Origin: Guillardia theta CCMP2712
Taxonomy: Eukaryota; Protista; Cryptophyta
NCBI RefSeq assembly: GCF_000315625.1
Contig: NW_005434426.1
Span: forward strand, 9,159 to 49,442
DNA length: 40,284 bases
Direction of reading: 5' to 3'
Part shown: piece by piece, positions 36,851 through 40,284 of the stretch
How the letters are laid out: the number at the start of each line of letters is the position of its first letter
How positions within the stretch are numbered: position 1 is the stretch's first letter
Translations under genes and position numbers: made by a program
The notes under the pieces: model-generated
What the model was told of the DNA's origin: nothing
What the model saw: only the letters and a program-made list of their open reading frames with translations
Databases searched by the model: none

Positions 36851-38266
36851 AGTGAAGCATGGTCGATGTAATCGTTAAACCGCAAGTTATCATCTCAGTC
36901 TCTGCCATGATACATCTATCCATCCTCTTTCTTTTCAATCCTCCTCCTGCTTCCCACCATTCATCTTCAACTGCCGCATCCTCACTGGCCTCCTGCCTCC
37001 ATTTACCGGCCTCTCCACAAACTCTTGGAGGTAGGTGGGGGTGGTTAAACGCATAGATGCCTCCACCCCACCCATACCAATACCACGAGAATCTGGTAGA
37101 AATATGGGTAGTGCCTGACCTCCCTACTACCCACCCTTCCCGAATCCTTGCCGGTGGACAGACTACCATAGGGGTACCACCCTATCCAACATGGAAGGGT
37201 ACAGCAATGGTCAGTGGTAGGTAGGGTAGTCAACTCCCGCGTCTATCACCTGGTCAATATAAATGAAACCAACTGGGTAGGTATGGGTAGGTACTTGGTA
37301 CTCCACAAGACATCATGGGGTTGATAGGTAGGGTAGTGTACCCCACCCTTTGTTAGGTCACTCCCATAGATGAATTAGGGCAGGATGGAGGAGCTGGGGG
37401 GTTGTCACGATACCATAAGGGGTGGTACTAAAGTTGGGAAAAGGAGGGGTCATTTACCCTCTGGGTGCGCAGGGCGTAGAACCCACAGTTTCAAACGGCT
37501 TCAACGGTGTAACGGATTGTAACGGAACTTCGGCCTGCCCCCCCCGGCGCACGCGGCCGGGCCCGCACCGAGCCTGAGGCGAGCGACGGTTACAAAGACT
37601 CTTAGGCTGCCCGGTAGTTGTAACCGCCGATAGACCAAACCAGGCCCAGGGGCCCATGCAGACGAAGGGAGACATGAGAGGGGTGGGGTCATGATTTTAC
37701 AGGGTAGCGATGGCAAGGGGTGGGTACATATTTGGAAGGGGATGTTTTCATATTGGCATTCTCTCAAATTTCAATATTATTGACACATTGTTAAATATTT
37801 AACAGACATTTTGGAAGGATTCTAGAATAGTTTTGCCGGTGGCTTTCACAGGGGGTGGTGGGGGTATCCCTGGTGGCCAAGCAGGCCTATGTAGGGGTGG
37901 TGTAATGATTTGACCGGGTTCAAACGTGTTTGACCGTCGCTTTAGTTACTAGGGAAGGAAAAAATGGAGGAAAAAGAAAGAGAAGATGAACCTAGTACAT
38001 GTAGATGCTTTAAATTCATGATATACAAGGACATCGAGCAAGTTCGGGGGTTTTCTTTGGTTTTGAAGCCCCTTTGGTTATTAGTCTTGTCCATTTCTTT
38101 CGTGTACAAGGAGGAGATTTGGAAAGGAGTAGAAATGCTGGACAGGGGATGTCAGTCCCCGCCTACAACGGCAAGGGTCTGATGAACTTCGAGTGAAACT
38201 CCTGATAGCTCAGTACGCACCATCGCAGGGATATCTGTTGTGATAGGAGAGAAAAACATCGCCCGA

Positions 38267-40159
38267 ATGGCGCTGACATTTCTTCACCTAGCAGACATTC
38301 TCTTTGTGTACGGAGGGTTGTGCGCGCCTTCGAGAGATGGATGTTAGCAAAGACTACGTGGAGCCTGGGACGCCTGGTTTGTGACTTCCTCTGCATGGCC
38401 CTGCGTCAGAAGCTCACGTCGATGGCCAGGGACAGGTTTAGAGAGCAGGGCATTGCAGACTCCAGACAGGAACACCGTTGCAGGAACTTTGGGCGGCCAT
38501 GCTGAAGATGCGGCATGGGCGGAGGTCTGTGAAGGGACGGAGATGCTGCTGCAGGGCTCATGTTTGCTGTGCAGGACACCACCACTGGCCTGATCAGGGA
38601 GACCTCTGGTGAGAGCCGGCCATGTCTACTGCCTCTTGCTTTACCTCGTTTCACTGTTCTGAACTTCTCCTCCTCCAGCTGGTGATCCTTTCAGCGGGCT
38701 GCACGATCAGCCGACGACAGATGGTGCCGACCACATGTCCTTGTTCACAGCATGCTGATCCTTGTCGTTGCCGCATCGAAGGAGCTGGCAACGGGCCCAT
38801 CACGGCCATGAATGCAGAGATACATGCTCGAGAGCACGCGGAGCGACGGGAGCATGAGCTTGAGAACGCTAACCTGCAGTCTCTCGCCGATCGACAAGCC
38901 CTCTCCTTCTCGAACCAAGGTCTGCCCTCGCTTCAAGAGCAGCATCATCGTGTTGAGCTGCTGCTACTAGATGTCACTTCCCATGTCGAGGGCCTGTCGG
39001 ACAAGACAGCGGGGAGCACGAAGGCAATAGAGGGCGGACAGGTTGTGGATTGCTTCTTCCTTTCCCATCCAGTGACACTCTGGTCCAGTACTCGGAGCAG
39101 TACACCGAGGTCGTCACTCCTCAGTACCACGTGATCGTTGCTGCTCATCTTGTCGTCCGCAGCGTCTCTGACATGTTTGGACGGGGCAGGAGACTCAGGT
39201 TTACCATCATGACGGATACATCCCCCTTGAAGCGAACTCTGTCGCTGAACAAGCAACAGCTCAGGTGTCGAGCATGGCAGAAGTGCAGAAGGCAGAGCTG
39301 ACCAATCTCTCAGCAGACTATCCAAAGTCAGCACAAGCCGTCATCACAGGAGCAGCATGCTTCGGTGGGCTAACTCTGCTAGCATGCGAAGAGGTCGTTG
39401 ACGATACCATGATGCAGGAGATGTCAGCAGCAGACATGTCCAGCATGAAATCTCAAAATGACGGTGACGGCGCTGACCTCTCGCTCTTGTCCACGATGCG
39501 TGTGAATGTTCTTCCAGTCCTGTACACATCGAGAGACCCACAGCTTGTTTCAGGTGTGCTGCTCTTATCCGCTCCTGTTCATCCTCTCCTTTCTGACATG
39601 TCGTTGCGTGCCTTGCAGTCGATGGAACTTTGCAGTATCAGCAGTCGGTCCACCTCGCCCACGTTCAGCATCATTCTCTCAGCTCGCAAGCAGATCAATC
39701 TCAGCAGGCGCAAACAGCGCAGCAGCAACAGCAGCAACAACAGCAACAACAGCAACAACAGCAGCAGCAGAACCAACAGCAACAAGTAGCTTCTCCTCCC
39801 TTCTCTGATGCCCTTACCCCTCCTCTCGCCTTTCGTCTCTGCCCAACCACGCCCTTGTCCTCCTTCCTCCTCCTGTTCATCCTTCCTACAGGTCCTTCAA
39901 TCGGCGCCAACAATCTACGTCACCTCCCAGCACTTGCAGGTGCAGCATGACGTGGCCCCCTGTATCCTTCTCACCTCTTCCCCTCAGCAAACTCTGCCCT
40001 CCTCGTCGCAAGGGGTGAGCCATCCTAGTCTCACGAGCTTTCTGCGATGTGACGGTCCTTTCCTACTGCCTCAATCGGTAGCTCGGCGTTGCCTCTCAGG
40101 TAAAATCCTTTGCTAACTTGTGAGGACTGCATGCAGGAAAACGCTGACCTTCTTTTCTA

Positions 40160-40217
<58 letters not shown>

Positions 40218-40284
40218 TTTGTTTTCTTCGCCTTTCAGATCCAGCAGCCTCTCTGTGTACATACTCAAGCTCATCCTGTTGGAT
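38267..40284 (+). CDS. Multi-exon hypothetical protein, possibly a degenerate MCM-family (MCMDC2-like) protein; runs off the window
   Basis: Series of GT-AG-bounded coding segments. The spliced SCTHRETHSLFQ|SMELCSISSRS, preceded by GGLTLLACEEVV and RRLRFTIMTDTSPLKRTL, follows MCM-box motif order but lacks canonical Walker A/B. Confidence 0.4.

Overview
Eukaryotic nuclear DNA: intron-rich and GC-moderate, with short GT/GC-AG introns often filled with microsatellites, and three N gaps. Gene content and sequence style suggest a cryptophyte alga (Guillardia/Hanusia-like); this is an inference. Most ORFs in the supplied track are microsatellite artefacts, so genes were reconstructed by manual splicing. 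In order: a signal-peptide TPR protein (-); a small signal-peptide protein with a basic tail (+); one or two small unknown genes; an RWP-RK transcription factor (+); a copine (+) carrying an internally deleted 28S rRNA fragment in an intron; a large secreted laminin-B-like protein with phage/virus-type GxGY repeats (-); a TRPM-like channel apparently ending in a SHOCT domain (+); an OPR/HPR-like helical-repeat protein with a frameshift (+); an SLC25 mitochondrial carrier (-); and a possible degenerate MCM-family protein (+, truncated by the window end). The most striking signal is that two adjacent, divergent, unrelated genes both encode signal peptide + short spacer + a ubiquitin C-terminus-like motif (TLNLRGG; STLRLRGG-M) with no ubiquitin fold. 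This suggests a deubiquitinase-type cleavage signal in a targeting presequence.
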